Source of the DNA: Octopus vulgaris
Lineage: Eukaryota
Assembly (NCBI GenBank): GCA_951406725.2
Contig: OX597814.1
Span: 201,376,001-201,440,000, forward strand
DNA length: 64,000 nucleotides
Direction: 5' to 3'
The notes under the pieces were generated by a model. It did no database searches. It was not told the DNA's origin and was given only the letters and a program-made list of their open reading frames with translations. Positions 1 through 13,543 of the stretch are shown here, one piece after another. The translations under genes were made by a program, and so were the position numbers. The first letter of the stretch is position 1. Every line of letters begins with the position of its first letter.

Positions 1-258
1 CTGGGGTCGATATAATAAACTTAATCCGTTTGTCCGTCCTTGTTTGTCCTTTCTGTGTTTAGCCCCTTGTGGGCAGTAAAGAAATAGTTATTTCGTCTGC
101 CGCTACGTTCTGAGTTCAAATTCCGCCGAGGTTGACGTTGCCTTTCATCCTTTCGGGGTCGATAAATTAAGTGCCATTACGCACTGGAATCGATATAATC
201 GACTTAATCCCTTTGTCTGTCCTTGTGGTTTAGCCCCTTGTGGGTAATAAAGAAATAA
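1..258 (+). mobile_element. SINE family A (tRNA-derived, tandem-body), 3' part of a multimer
   Basis: B-box GAGTTCAAATTCC, core GCCTTTCATCCTTTCGGGGTCGATAAATTAAGT, tail AGCCCCTTGTGGGTAATAAAGAAAT; matches 17184 and 61853 copies. Confidence 0.9.
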
Positions 259-319
259 GAGGCAAAGACAGAGAAAACATCGATGTTGTCATTTGGGCCC
301 AAAATTACAGGTGAGGCGG

Positions 320-545
320 GAAATTGAGAAATGTCGCCTCCAAACTCACCAGATTTCATTTCCACGGACCACTACGTTTGGAGCGTTGTCGAAAGAGACA
401 AATCAACATTTTCACAATATCGTAGCTTCAACGAAGGCTGCCATTCTTTGGATGATGTCCGAAATGGATAAGTACAGGTATGTTAACGACTCCTAACCTG
501 TATTGAAGAAGTCAGCGAATCTCAAGGTGGATTCATTGAAATAAG
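320..545 (+). mobile_element. Tc1/mariner (maT/DD37D-like) transposase C-terminal remnant
   Basis: Frameshifted translation SPPNSPDF-S-DHYVWSVVERD..NQHFHNIVAS-KAAI...IEEVSESQGGFIE matches the WPPNSPDLNPxDY and GGxIE motifs. Confidence 0.75.
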
Positions 546-687
546 ATTATAAGAAAATTTAGGGAGAACATGCGCAGCCATTTTTATTAAGATTCCTTTA
601 GTTTCCACTTGGTAAAAAATTACCAAATATATCCGCAAATTCCTCTCACACACTGTTTACCTATGTATATGTGTGCGTGTACGTGTG

Positions 688-776
<89 letters not shown>

Positions 777-799
777 GTCTGTCTGTCTATCTATCTATA

Positions 800-848
<49 letters not shown>

Positions 849-853
849 GTCTA

Positions 854-883
<30 letters not shown>
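688..883. repeat. (TATC)n/(TGTC)n microsatellite
   Basis: Direct tetranucleotide repeat. Confidence 0.98.
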
Positions 884-885
<2 letters not shown>

Positions 886-1142
886 CTGTTACTCTCTGTT
901 GATGAGAACGCTTCACTCTTCCTTCCCTTACATTCATCTTCGCTGACGAAAATGACAGTTCTGGAGGTGTTCATGTCTTCCTACGCAATAGTCTTATATA
1001 AATGTATACATACACACACACACGCACACACACATATGCATATATGTATATATATATATATATATATATGTATATGATTATATACATGTATATATATATA
1101 TATATGATATTCTATATTTTTGGGATGAGAAATTATGTGCAT

Positions 1143-1280
1143 TATTTACCATGGACAAATAGGTGTCCTTATTTTGTTTGTTGTTATCACAACGTCTCGG
1201 CTGATGAAGGCTGGAGAGTACATCACCCGAAACACTGTCATAACAAACAAAATGAGGAATCTATTCGTTCATTGTAAATA
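1143..1280 (+). mobile_element. Foldback Penelope-type pLTR fragment with decayed hammerhead
   Basis: Arms about 1143-1206 and 1221-1280 are inverted copies; CTGATGAAGGCTGG..CCGAAAC core; related to 62907-63006. Confidence 0.7.
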
Positions 1281-1336
1281 CTATGTGTGTGTGTGTGTGT
1301 ATGTGTGTTGTGTGTGTGTGTGTGTGTGTGTGTGTA

Positions 1337-1616
1337 GCAAATAAGAAAACGGAGAGGATATAGAATCGACAGACGTCAGCCGGTAAACATTCTCGTATGT
1401 CTATTTATTCAAAAATATTGGATGAATACACGCACATGTATGAGTGGTTCCACTCACAAATCTGCACCACTCGTACATTTGCGTGTATTCATCCAATACA
1501 TTTGAATAAATAGATATACTAGAATGTTTACCAGCTGATGTCTGTCGATTCTATATCTTCTACATTTTCTTATTTGCCGTATAAATCGAGGGTAAACCAC
1601 TTGTTACTCCCACACG
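1337..1616 (+). mobile_element. Foldback insert (~110-bp arms plus 3' tail), Penelope-type architecture
   Basis: 1337-1448 is the reverse complement of 1466-1577 at roughly 90% identity; left arm flush with (TG)n; unpaired tail ends in TA. Confidence 0.65.
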
Positions 1617-1772
1617 TATATAAATACCCAATTGCAAAATTGCCATGCAATAACTAGCACTTGGATATGAATAATTGGGTGCACTACTACCAGCAGTATT
1701 TTTGGATAGATACTAACCCCTTAGTTGGTTTCTCAACCTGTAACTCATTCAGAAATACACACACACACAAAC

Positions 1773-1803
<31 letters not shown>

Positions 1804-1847
1804 TTTATATATACATATATATATATATGCAGTCTCTCACACACACG

Positions 1848-1892
<45 letters not shown>

Positions 1893-2621
1893 TTACATAC
1901 ATACGTACATACATACATACATCCATACATCTATACATACATACATAAATCCTTCCACGTTCACTTTGAAGTATTTCATTCTCCTATTGTCTAGCAGGTA
2001 AATAACAGTGAGAAATGTGGGTCGATGCTAATCAGATCTACCCTTTCTTCTTCAATCTTTTTTTTGCTGATGTTTAATATCAGAATTAAAATTCAAAATG
2101 GCCTCTCGTGATTTCGTTCTTTGAAATTCAACCTGAGATTATTCCTAGAAAATCATAAATCTCACTCTTATTAAATCAGTAAGAGACATACTTTAATGAT
2201 TATTTTCAGTAGAGAGTTGGAAAAACAGAATCTTCATTTATCAACTATAACTAAAAGTGATCAGAAAATCAATAGACAACAACAATAATTCATTTTTTTT
2301 AAACGAATATCATACAATATATGATTAATTTTTCCGTTCATATTTCTAACCTACGCTGTTGTACATCTGAAATTATAAAGCAAAAACATACAGTCTTCAA
2401 AGCATTGGGAAAATTTAAATGAAGCTTAAATAAAACATCTTGAGAATGTCACGGTATTTTCATTGCTGCATGCGAACATCTGGAGAATGTAAATAGATAA
2501 ATAATGTTACATAAATAACACGAACCATTGTCTGAGAGTTCCATCATCACTAAGACAATTGTTATATTTTAATCAAATTCGAAAGATTTAAACAAGTAAC
2601 AAATATCTAAAATAGATACAT

Positions 2622-3013
2622 AGGCGTAGGAGTGGCTGAGTGGTAAGTAGCTTGCTTACGAACCACAGGGTTCCGAGTTCAGTCCCACTGCGTGGTACCT
2701 TGGACAAGTGTCTTCTACTATAGCCTCGGGCCAACCAAAGCCTTGTGAGTGGATTTGGTAAACGGAAACTTAAAGAAGCCTGTCATATGTGTGTGTGTTT
2801 GTGTGTATGTTTGTGTGTGTGTGTGTGTGAGTGTGTGTGTGCATGTTTGTGTGTCTGTGTTTGTCCTCCAACATCGCTTGACAACAGATGCTGGTGTGTT
2901 TATGTCCCTGTAACTTAGCGGTTCGGCAAAAGAGACCAACAGAATAAGTTCTAGGTTTACAAACAATAAGTCCTGGGGGTCGATTTGCTCGACTAAAGGC
3001 GGTGCTCTAGCCA
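2622..3013 (+). mobile_element. SINE family B (tRNA head, CORE-like segment, internal (TG)n)
   Basis: A-box TGGCTGAGTGG, B-box GAGTTCAGTCCC, CORE-like CCTTGGACAAGTGTCTTCTACTATAGCCTC; multiple copies in window. Confidence 0.9.
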
Positions 3014-3019
3014 TACTAA

Positions 3020-3175
3020 TCATATCTGCCAGGCATGTGGAAGGTTTTAGCTGCCAGTTCTGTACAAGACATTGTAGATCTTTAGCTGGGCTAAAAAGTC
3101 ACATTCGATCACAGCACCAATAACAGTTAAGCTTCGTGCAATGGCCATACTCGATAATGAGGTGGCAGCCATCAT
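3020..3175 (+). mobile_element. RTE-clade LINE 3' end
   Basis: Encodes EGFSCQFCTRHCRSLAGLKSHIRSQHQ* (C2H2-like RTE C-terminus), then short UTR into (TATG)n. Confidence 0.75.
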
Positions 3176-3317
3176 GTATGTATGTATGTATGTATGTATG
3201 TATGTATGTATGTATGTATGTATGTATGTATGTATGTATGTATGTATGTATGTATGTATGTATGTATGTATGTATGTATGTATGTATGTATGCATGCATG
3301 CATGCATGCATGCATGC

Positions 3318-3373
<56 letters not shown>

Positions 3374-4308
3374 ATGTATGCATGCATGCATGCATGCATG
3401 CATGTATATGTACGTATGTACGTATGTACGTATGCATGTATGCATGTATGTATGTATGTATTTATATATGTATGTATATCTATGCTTGTATTGCAAAAAG
3501 CACACAACAGAGTAATGAAAATTAGTGTTGTGTAACATTGATTTTTAATATCCATGCGGATAGGGAATTCTCTCCTATCGACCCCAATATACGGCTGGTA
3601 CATATTTAATTGTCGTTAGAATGATAAAAGATGATATCAGCCTTAATTAATTTTAGCTCAGAATAAAAAGGAATGTCCTTAAATTCGAGATATTTCATCC
3701 GTTGTTCTGCAGATTTCTACTCTTCTTTACCAATCCTCGTCAGTCAACCCTATGGTTCCCCTTTTCCCAATCATCTGCTCTCCTCAGCTAATCCGCTGCT
3801 CTCCTTTAACAATGCTCTGCTTTGCTTACCAACCTCTGCTCTCCTCTCAGCCAATTCTATTCTCTCTTTTTTCTTATGTAATATTGATTACAAAGATCTT
3901 CAATTATTTCTTTTCTAAGAAACATTTGAGAAAACTGTTCAGTTTTGATTCAAATGTAAAACAAACTGAATTACATACACGCACACAGACGCACGCACAC
4001 ATGCACACACGCACACACACACACACACACACACACCACATTCTCTCTCTCTCACTCTCTCGCACATATTCTCACAAGCTTACATATGTAGATGTATCCA
4101 CAGAGACATAAAAGCATTAGGTTGTGTATAACATTTATAATCATACACTCATTATATAATGTACCTAGTTATACATACATGCATAATACATACATACATA
4201 CATAAAACATACATATATAAATATATATATATATATATGCATACACACACAAACACACACATACGCATATAGATAGACATATAGATATAGATATAAATAT
4301 GAGTAGAC

Positions 4309-4360
<52 letters not shown>

Positions 4361-4550
4361 GTATGTATATATACACACATACACACACACAAATATATGC
4401 ATACACATACGTATGTTTATATATGTATATTTAAACACACATTCATATATGTATATATACATGCACACATACATACATACATATATATATATATTTATAT
4501 ATATATATATATGTATGTATGTATATGTGTGTATATATATATGTATATAT

Positions 4551-4627
<77 letters not shown>

Positions 4628-5011
4628 CTAGCAGTATCGCCCGGCGTTGCTCAGGTTTGTAAGGGAAATAACTATAAAGCATTTTTAGAGAGTTATAGCC
4701 AAAAAATAGCAAAAAAATGGAAAAAAATGATGGTAAATTTTTTTTTGAGATTTAAAATAGGTGGAGTTGCGTCCCCTAGACAGTTTGTGGTTCGTGTTTC
4801 TGATTCTCGACCCCATGTCGAATTTATCGATTTTTTTCAGAACTGGGGGAACTTTTCAAAATTTTCGCTGCGTTAGTTTTGAATTATGACGTTGGGCTAT
4901 GTGTATGTCAAGTTTCATCAGAATCGTTTGAAAGCCGTGGTCAGGGTGAGGGTACAAGCAAACAGACACACAGAAACACGCACAGACAAACTGCCGTTTA
5001 TATAGAGAGAG

Positions 5012-5012
<1 letters not shown>
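4628..5012 (-). mobile_element. Non-autonomous Helitron
   Basis: Minus strand begins TCTCTCTCTATATAAA and ends with GC hairpin plus GATACTGCTAG; lies between A and T in (TA)n; matches 31231-31602. Confidence 0.85.
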
Positions 5013-5076
<64 letters not shown>

Positions 5077-5145
5077 CAGTTTTGATTCAAATGTAAAACA
5101 AACTGAATTACATACACGCACACGCACACAGATGCACGCACACAT

Positions 5146-5180
<35 letters not shown>

Positions 5181-5231
5181 ACATTCTCTCTCTCTCACTC
5201 TCTCGCACATATTCTCACATGCTTACATATG

Positions 5232-5289
<58 letters not shown>

Positions 5290-5641
5290 CATATATGTTT
5301 GTGTCTGCATGGTTAGATGCATATGCAATACTACATAAGAACAATCGACTTTGTATCATGTTAATTTAACAAAGGAATTCAAATTAAAACAGAGAAAAAT
5401 TAGTTTAATAACAATGGAGCTAAAAATCTGTAAAAGTTTAAAGTAAAGCAGTCTTGTTTGGAAGAGAAACAATCAATGTATAAACCGCTGCGGAAGAGCA
5501 ACGTCTGGGAAAAAAATGCGAAAACAAAGAGAAAATGTTTCAAGTTAATAATAACGAACAAAGCTGAATTATCTACAAGAAAACGTAGACTAGGAATGAA
5601 AATGCTTACTGTGTTCTGAGATAAACATTATACTTCAGAAT

Positions 5642-6629
5642 CGTGGTACTCCGTCGGTTACGACGATGGGGGTTCCAGTTGATCCGATCAACGGAACAGC
5701 CAGCTCGTGAAATTAACGTACAAGTGGCTGAGCACTCCACAGACACGTGTACCCTTAACGTAGTTCTCGGAGGAGATTCAGCGTGACACAGAGAGTGACA
5801 AGGCTGGCCCCTTTGAAATACAGGTACACTAGAAACAGGAAGAAAGAATGGGAGAAAGTTGTGGTGAAAGATTACAGCAGGGTTCGCTACCACCTGCTGC
5901 CGGATACACATGGAGCCTTAAGTGTTTTCTCTCAATAAATACTCACAACGCCCGGTCTGAGAATCGAAACTGCGATCTTACGACCGCGTGTCCGCTGCCT
6001 TAACCACTGGGCCGCGTGCCTTCACATATGAATATCGTGGCACACCGTTGGTTACGACGACGAGGGTTCCAGTTGATCCGATCACCGGAACAGCTTGCTC
6101 GTGAAATGAATGTTCGAGTGGCAGAGTACTCCACAGACACGTTTACCTTTAACGTAGTTTTCGGGGAGATTCCGCGTGACACAGTGTGACAAGGCTGGCT
6201 CCTTTGAAATACAGGTACAACAGAAACAGGAAGAAAGAGTGAGAGAAAGTTGTGGTGAAGAGTACAGCAGGGTTCGCTAAGAAGCCAAGGAACAGAAGAA
6301 AGAAGACATGCACCCAACACCAGAGCTGAAGACACCTCCAAAAGTGGGGGGTCGCCACGTCAAAACGGTAGAGGAGTAGGGGCCGAAACCGGACGTGGTT
6401 CCTCCTGATGATGTCTTGAACTAACTGGATCCTAAAAAGGAGCTGTTGTGGTAGCAGACCACGAAACACGCTTGAAATTCCCCAGAGTTGGCTACCACCC
6501 GCTGCCGGTGCCTCGTGGAGCTTCAGGTGTTTTCGCTCAATAAACACTCACAGCGACCGGTGAGAAAATCGAAACTGCGATCCTACGACCGCGAGTCCGC
6601 TTCCCTAACCACTGGGCCATTACGCTTCC
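5642..6629 (-). mobile_element. Two tandem SINE family C copies, the second with a ~210-bp insertion
   Basis: Both match 47915-48301; pair flanked by ATACTTCAGAAT (5630-5641, 6630-6641). Confidence 0.9.
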
Positions 6630-7257
6630 ATACTTCAGAATACACAACAGGAATGCAGATTAAAAAAATAATAATCTACCTTGCTACCAATAGTTACAGG
6701 TGTTGTGTAACGTTGTAATGCTAAAAGTGATAGCAGATCAATGACAAAAAAATAATGATATTGATTTGAGTTCTTACAGTTCCAAGTTGGTCATCGATTA
6801 TCAAATATGCCATAGTCAGGTGAGATTGATTTTCGTTGTTCTTTTTTTGTTTATCTTTCGTTTTCTTTGTTTGGTTTTCTTGTTCTTTGGTCATTTTTCA
6901 AAATAATAAATATGGATATTCGCATACTTAAGAATTTACTGATGTGCAAACATAAGTCTGTGTGTCTGTGGGTGCGTGCGTGCGTGTGTATATATGTGTA
7001 TGTGTGTTGTGTGTGTGTGCGTGTGTGTGTAGTTGTGTGTGCGTGTGTATGTATGTGTGGTGTGTGTATGTGTGTGTGTATATGTGTATGTGTGTATGTA
7101 TATGTGTGTGTATGCGTTGTGTGTATGTTTGTGTGCGTGTATCTGTGTGTGTGCGCGCATTGTATGAGTATGTTTGTGTTTGCGTGCGTTTGTGTGTACG
7201 TGCATGTGTGTGTGAGTGTGTGTGCATGTGTGTGTGTGTGTGTGTGTGCATGTGTGT

Positions 7258-7288
<31 letters not shown>

Positions 7289-7398
7289 CGTGCGTGCGTG
7301 TGTGCTAGACTACCCTGAACTTGACTGTTGCTTTGTTCTGAAGCATAAGTATACTGAATTCTAATATCAGCTTATTAGCATCACTAAGCCTAAATGAA

Positions 7399-7410
7399 TT
7401 AACAATAACC

Positions 7411-7474
<64 letters not shown>

Positions 7475-7494
7475 CAAAAATAATAATAATAACC

Positions 7495-7549
<55 letters not shown>

Positions 7550-7565
7550 CAACAACAACAACAAA

Positions 7566-7632
<67 letters not shown>

Positions 7633-7686
7633 GTAATAATAATAATAATAATAATAACAATAATAATAGTAATAACATTGATAATA
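7399..7686. repeat. (AAT)n/(AAC)n microsatellite
   Basis: Direct trinucleotide repeat. Confidence 0.98.
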
Positions 7687-8733
7687 GTACAGAGGCAGAC
7701 ATACAAACATATGCATACACACATCCAGCTATTTGTACGTATTCTTAAATAGGTGGCCTTAAGCTATTTGTTCGTTAACTAATGTAAAACACCACAAATG
7801 TCATATATTACGTTGGGCGAGTCTGTATTGCGAAGCAACGCCAACATCCGAAGAAGTTCCTGCGTTTCTAACCTTTTTCGTTGTTAAGCTATCTGTTCAA
7901 TATTTAGTTCATCATACCTTCTGTTCAGTGTATTGATTTTCTAAAGCTACTCCAACAAACAACCAGATAGCTTTCTTCACAATACACCGACAGCAACGTT
8001 CATATTTTATTCCAATCCATAACATATCTACTAAGTCGCGATATTTCACTATTCAGTTTAATGGTATAATGGAAATATAATCTGTTTGGGTTTGTGATCG
8101 AATGTTACAGACTCGTCTTTAAGTAATTTTATGTATCGAACCGGCAGAAGTGTCAGGGCTTTGAACAGATTACCTGAAGGCATTTCTTCTGACTCTCGGT
8201 GATCTGAGTTCAAATATCACCGAGGTCAGATTTTCTCTTTCATTCTTTCGGATCTAAATGAAGTAACAGTCGAAAGCGGTGGGTTGGCAAAATTGTAAGA
8301 ACATTATTTACATATTTTTTGTTGTTAACACAACGTTTCGGCTGAGAATATATGTTCAGTATCAAGTATTGAAATGGCTGCATCTATATTATTAGAAGAA
8401 TTCTTACAAAGAAGAATAAATTTAAGAACTACTATTTACTACATAAAAAATACATTTTATTAATTGGTCGTCGATGAAATATAATCAAAATGCAGAATCT
8501 AGTTGAATGAAGTAATCTGTGCGAGAAAGTTCAGAAATGTAGAAATAACAGCTAAGTGGTGGTTTTCAGTCATGTGGCATAGAGAAATAGATGGACATAG
8601 CAACGACGTGAATGGCTCAGAGTCTGGTCTATGATTCTTTATTATGAATATTTACATTCGAACATAGAAAGGACAAAACAGGACATTGAAAAACATTTAA
8701 AGATGCTTGGTGAGCTTATTTAGTGACTTTAAA

Positions 8734-8756
<23 letters not shown>

Positions 8757-8764
<8 letters not shown>

Positions 8765-9115
8765 AAGCTAAAGTTGTCTGTGTATGGCAGGTTTGGTAGC
8801 CTTCAACTAACACTATCTCCTCCGAGACCCTGCGTCGCAAGTTGACCAAAATTGAGAGTATGATAGACGAAGTCTTGCTCTTCCTTCCCTAGAAGAAAAA
8901 ATTCAAATCGAACCATGTTAACACCAAAAAATATTTACATCAAAAAGGTGATTTTTTTCTATGAAAATCCCTATTTTTTTTACGATTTTTCTGCTGTGTC
9001 ACCAGATGTTGTCTTAAAGAGGATAACAAGCTTCATAATGCAAAATTTTTACTTTTCAAAAATTCCAATTCTAAAGGGTCGAAACAAACCCGAGCCACGC
9101 CGGGCGATACTGCTA

Positions 9116-9116
<1 letters not shown>
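8757..9116 (+). mobile_element. Non-autonomous Helitron (different internal sequence)
   Basis: TATATAAAG..GTTGTCTG start in (TA)n; 3' CAAACCCGAGCCACGCCGGGCGATACTGCTAG|T. Confidence 0.8.
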
Positions 9117-9166
<50 letters not shown>

Positions 9167-9184
9167 CAATTAAAATTTAAAACT

Positions 9185-9610
9185 TTTAAAACACTGACTG
9201 AGGTCCAAAAGGCCAGAGACTACACCCTTCTGCCATGTGATTAAGTAGGGAAGTCACTCCCAAATTCTTCACAACATCCTTCCATTTTTTTCTCATATAT
9301 GCCTCGCGACAGATGTCTTCTCTCCACCCCTATCTTGCTTCTCAGATGGTATCTGAAGAAATACAGCAAGCCTGGGTCGGAGATAAAGGTTCCTGTCGCG
9401 ACTCCTTTCATCCTGGTCCTCCAACTACACTCTTTCATAACGGTGACTGCACAGAAAAAACATGCCTCACCTTCCTTGGAAAGTCCGGCTAGCGGTACAG
9501 TCTTTATCACAGACTCAGCTGATAGCTGCAGTCTTCCTAGATGCGATAAAACGTGTTCGACGTAAATGATCAAACCAGAAATCTCCGGACGCTATACAAA
9601 GGCGTGCAGG
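9185..9610 (-). mobile_element. Tx1/L1-clade LINE ORF2 C-terminal remnant
   Basis: LHAFV*RPEIS..YVEHVLSHLGRLQLSAES..MKECSWRTR..FFRYHLRSKIGVER, homologous to the 38937 ORF. Confidence 0.75.
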
Positions 9611-9810
9611 AATTAGAAGAGCAAGCAAGCTGTTTTTATTAATGGAACACTAGACATTCTTGAAACTTCCAAGAGAAATGCGAAGCTTCTTGAATAATTA
9701 AGAATCACGTCTCATGACGTAAGTGTTTTGAGAAACTTATTAAAGGGAGATTACTCTATAATACTTTCTGCAAGATAGGTCATTCAACTATTTTAGCTAC
9801 AGACCACAGA

Positions 9811-10045
9811 CTACTACACTATCATATAATTTTTTTTTTTTTTTGTTAAAAGTATTGTTTTCAACTGTCTACAAACACAGCCAGGCTGAAATAATTAATG
9901 CATTCTTCCAGGAGTGAATAAAAAATTCTCAAACTTGAGGGGATGGACCCCTTAAATACTAACACGGTCCCCCATATATGGATTCTAATGGCACAGGGGC
10001 CCACTTGCCATCGGGCAAGCTGGCAACCTGGCCAATCCACCACTG
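9811..10045. mobile_element. hAT-type MITE, partial copy
   Basis: Aligns with about 44483-44740 and ends in the TIR ...CCACCACTG. Confidence 0.75.
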
Positions 10046-10554
10046 TTTGCATGGTACCAGTAAACTAATCGGGAGGCCAAGAGAATTTGAAGTTTTGGCT
10101 CGTAAATGAGTGCGGATTATAAGAGGTTCTGGATCACCAGTATCCCGAAAATCGGTGTTGTACCTGTATTCGAGTTTGTCCGAATCAGAGGAGTTTATAT
10201 TCGACTCCGTAATTTGCGGATTATTGAGATTGTTTCTAGGAAACGTTTAAAATTTTTATGTGATTATAATAACAAAACAAGGTATTTATTGATTGTTTGC
10301 CCTTTACCTCATTGGGACGAATGTCAGACCAAATTAGAATATTCTGGTCTGACTTGCCTTAAACTCGGAATTATTTTAAAACTCGACGACAAAGCAGCAG
10401 CACCAGTAACAAGAACATGGTGAATACGCCTACTCAAAGAAGAAACCGATGTTTCTATAAATGTTCAACAATGAAAAATACAAATAATTTGCACGGTCAA
10501 ACGGACATTTAATTAGAGAGAAAATTATTTTTCAAACACCGAAGATGACTTTAA

Positions 10555-11054
10555 CCCTTTGCCTGCAATGAACCCCGTTTGGGAATCTGCTAAAAACAGT
10601 CTCACTGCTGGTTGTTTGTTGTATTTGAATTTAATTGCTTGTATACATTGCATTTGCAGAGGTGTGTTTAACAATGTTTAGTGGTTAAACTTTGCCATTA
10701 TTAGCTCTGGCTAATTCTAGAGGACATTTTATGTCATAAATTGCAATTTTTGAACTACAAAAATATTGACTGTTTTGAAAATGTTTTTCTTTCTTTTTTT
10801 TTTGCATTTCCCATCTATATCAATCATTGATATTTCATACACATTCGCATTTGATACTATAGTTTCAAGCAATAGAAAAGGATAAATATGCTTTTTTGTT
10901 CCAGCAATCCCCATTTGGGACTTTTCGAAAAATTTATCATAATTTCCAAAGTAATTCACATAAGAAGAAAATTTAAATACTATATATTATATTAACTTCT
11001 ATGACACCTGGTAAAGCCAAAAAAATAGGAATATAAAATTTGGCAGTTAATGGG
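10555..11054. mobile_element. piggyBac-type MITE
   Basis: TTAA|CCCTTTGCCTGC ... GCAGTTAATGGG|TTAA imperfect TIRs with TTAA TSD. Confidence 0.7.
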
Positions 11055-11066
11055 TTAATAGGTAGG

Positions 11067-11445
11067 AGCACTCCGTCGGTTACGACGACGAGGGTTCCGG
11101 TTGATCTGATCAACGGAACAGCCTGCTCGTGAAATTATCGTGTAAGTGGCTGAGCACTCTACAGACACGTGTACCCTTAACGTAGTTCTCAGGGAGATTC
11201 AGCGTGACACAGAGAGTGACAAGGCCGGCCCTTTGAAATACAGGTACAACAGAAACAGGAAGTAAGTGTGAGAGAAAGTTGTGGTGAAAGATTACAGCAG
11301 GGATCACCACCATCCCTGCCGGAACTTCGTGGAGCTTTAGGTGTTTTTGCTCAATAAACACTCACAACGCCCGGTCTGGGAATCGAAACCGCGATCCTAC
11401 GACCACGAGTCCGCTGCCCTAACCACTGGGCCATTGCGCCTCCAC
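11067..11445 (-). mobile_element. SINE family C, full length
   Basis: tRNA head with A/B boxes; TSD AATGGGTTAATA (11049-11060, 11447-11458) duplicates the MITE end. Confidence 0.92.
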
Positions 11446-11689
11446 AAATGGGTTAATACCTCATTCGAAAATAACAAACAGCAACTACGATAACAGCGAA
11501 AACAGCGATACTTCCACGCATGCACAAGTTTTAACTTGTAAAAGGATTCGTGGATAAATTACTTTTGCTTCGAACAGGGTGGTTCTAAACATGTAAAGGG
11601 TTCGATCTTAGATGTTTCCAAGGTAACCTTGCTTTAGTAAACCTTTTTTTTTTCACTCTACTCGAGACCAGATAATGAGAACGCTGAGA

Positions 11690-12450
11690 TACCAGTTACC
11701 TCGCGAACCAAAGAGTAGAGTTAAACATAGCCTCATGGGAGGAACTGGTGGAAGATTTATTCAGTGGCGCGTGAAGTATCATAGAATCCATTGACCAAGG
11801 AAAATCCTTCGGGACTACCGACCTGCATTTCAAGACGGAAGAGGAAGCGGAATGATAGGCAGAACATGGAGCACCCATTCGGTGACATACCCCATATCTC
11901 ATCGCAACACAGAATTAGCAGTAAGTGATATTGGTAGTGATATCGACCCCTGACCTGCTTTTACCTTTAGGGAACAGTATGGATGGGTGACAAGCGCTGA
12001 GATCATAAATAGCATCATGTGTCTGGGACTGATCAGCATCGACTTCTAAGTTCATTTACTCCTTCGAGACAACAGAGACATTGAGGAACGCTACCTTGTT
12101 ATGAACGTAAAAACTACTACGATAATACTGAGAGTACTGAGTGGAAGGCCAAGCTGCTATACTTGTGGAAGTAACAGTTACTTGAGGAAACAAGACTACA
12201 AACAAAACTAGGATCCATAGGCTGTTAGGATCTACAGGATCTGCCAAGACTATAATCTACACCAATGCCAGCCAAGGCCTTGGAATAAGGAGAGGGCTAT
12301 CTGGTCAGGGAGACAGCCGAGACACTCATTAGCCTGCCTGTGGACAGAGGTGGTGACAGTGTGTGGAAAATGCATGCAACATCATTTCTACCGCTATGAG
12401 GAGCTGGAGAATATGTCACGCTCTCAATTCCAGAAGCTGACAGGTAGGAG
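11690..12450 (+). mobile_element. Decayed L1/Tx1-type ORF1 (gag-like) remnant
   Basis: EELVEDLF..DLHFKTEEEAE and RVLSGRPSCYTCGSNSYLRKQ (degenerate CCHC knuckle, ~12130-12195), with stops. Confidence 0.45.
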
Positions 12451-13122
12451 CCAACTTTTTTGCTAAAATAATAACCCCAAACCTTTGTCTTGTAACAAAG
12501 GACCTGTAGTGGAAAACTGAAAAGAGTGGAATACGACAGGAAAGAAAAGAGGAATACAACCCAACAGAAGAGAAATGAAACATGAAACGCAACATGAAAA
12601 CTGACGTCACGATCGCTCGACAGTGGGACAAAAACTTAAAAGTAAAATTTAGGATATGTAGAGCAATAGATATTGTTTAGTTGTCCGATTAAGTGAGTAC
12701 AAAAGGAGCCGAAATATAAGAAATATTTAATGACAAGCTTTTCATAAATATAATGCCAAGTGTTGTCAGACACAGCTAGGTACAGCAGGCTTCAATGTGA
12801 ACAGGCTTTAATGTGACAAGATGTGATATAGCGTGCTAACCCAAACTAACCAGTGTCTTCCCAGATGTCGTGAAAGGCAAACCCTAAATGTATGTATTTA
12901 TTACATATTTTGGATTTGCTTTGCAAGATTTTTTATGTGAGTTCGTGTGTTGAAACATATTCTTTTGGTGCTTTATAGTTTGAAAAGGTTGCAAGACGCA
13001 ACGAAAAATAAAATAAAAAAGAAATATGTGGAAATTTTACCGATGTGTGTGTTAAATTATAAGGCATCAAAAGAGAATGACTCTTACCAGACACAACATA
13101 ATATTTTGCTTTATATATAACA

Positions 13123-13339
13123 CTTTTTTACTCTTTTACTCTTTTACTTGTTTCAGTCATTTGATTGCGGCCATGCTGGAGCACCGCCTTTAGTCGAGGA
13201 AATCGACCCCGGGACTTATTGTTTGTAAGCCCAGTACTTATTCTATCGGTCATTTTTGCCGAACCGCTAGGTGAAGGGGATGTAAACACACCAGCATCGG
13301 TTGTCAAGCAATGCCAGGGGGACAAACACAGACACACAA

Positions 13340-13370
<31 letters not shown>

Positions 13371-13543
13371 CATATATACGACAGGCTTCTTTCAGTTTCC
13401 GTCTACCAAATCCACTCACAAGGCATTGGTCGGCCCGGGGCTATAGCAGAAGACACTTGCCCAAGATGCCACGCAGTGGGACTGAACCCGGAACCATGTG
13501 GTTGGTTATCAAGCTACTTACCACACAGCCACTCCTGCGCCTA
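13123..13543 (-). mobile_element. SINE family B, full length
   Basis: Head AGGCGCAGGAGTGGCTGTGTGG; tail GAAACAAGTAAAAGAGTAAAAGAG. Confidence 0.92.

Noticed and set aside
3698-3750. Minus-strand CTGACGA..GAAATCTGCAGA hammerhead candidate (similar weak case near 42780-42815)
   Set aside because: UH site or stem II missing
6321-6470. CTGAAGA..GAAAC and CTGATGA..GAAAC motifs in the SINE insertion
   Set aside because: Stems I and II do not pair convincingly
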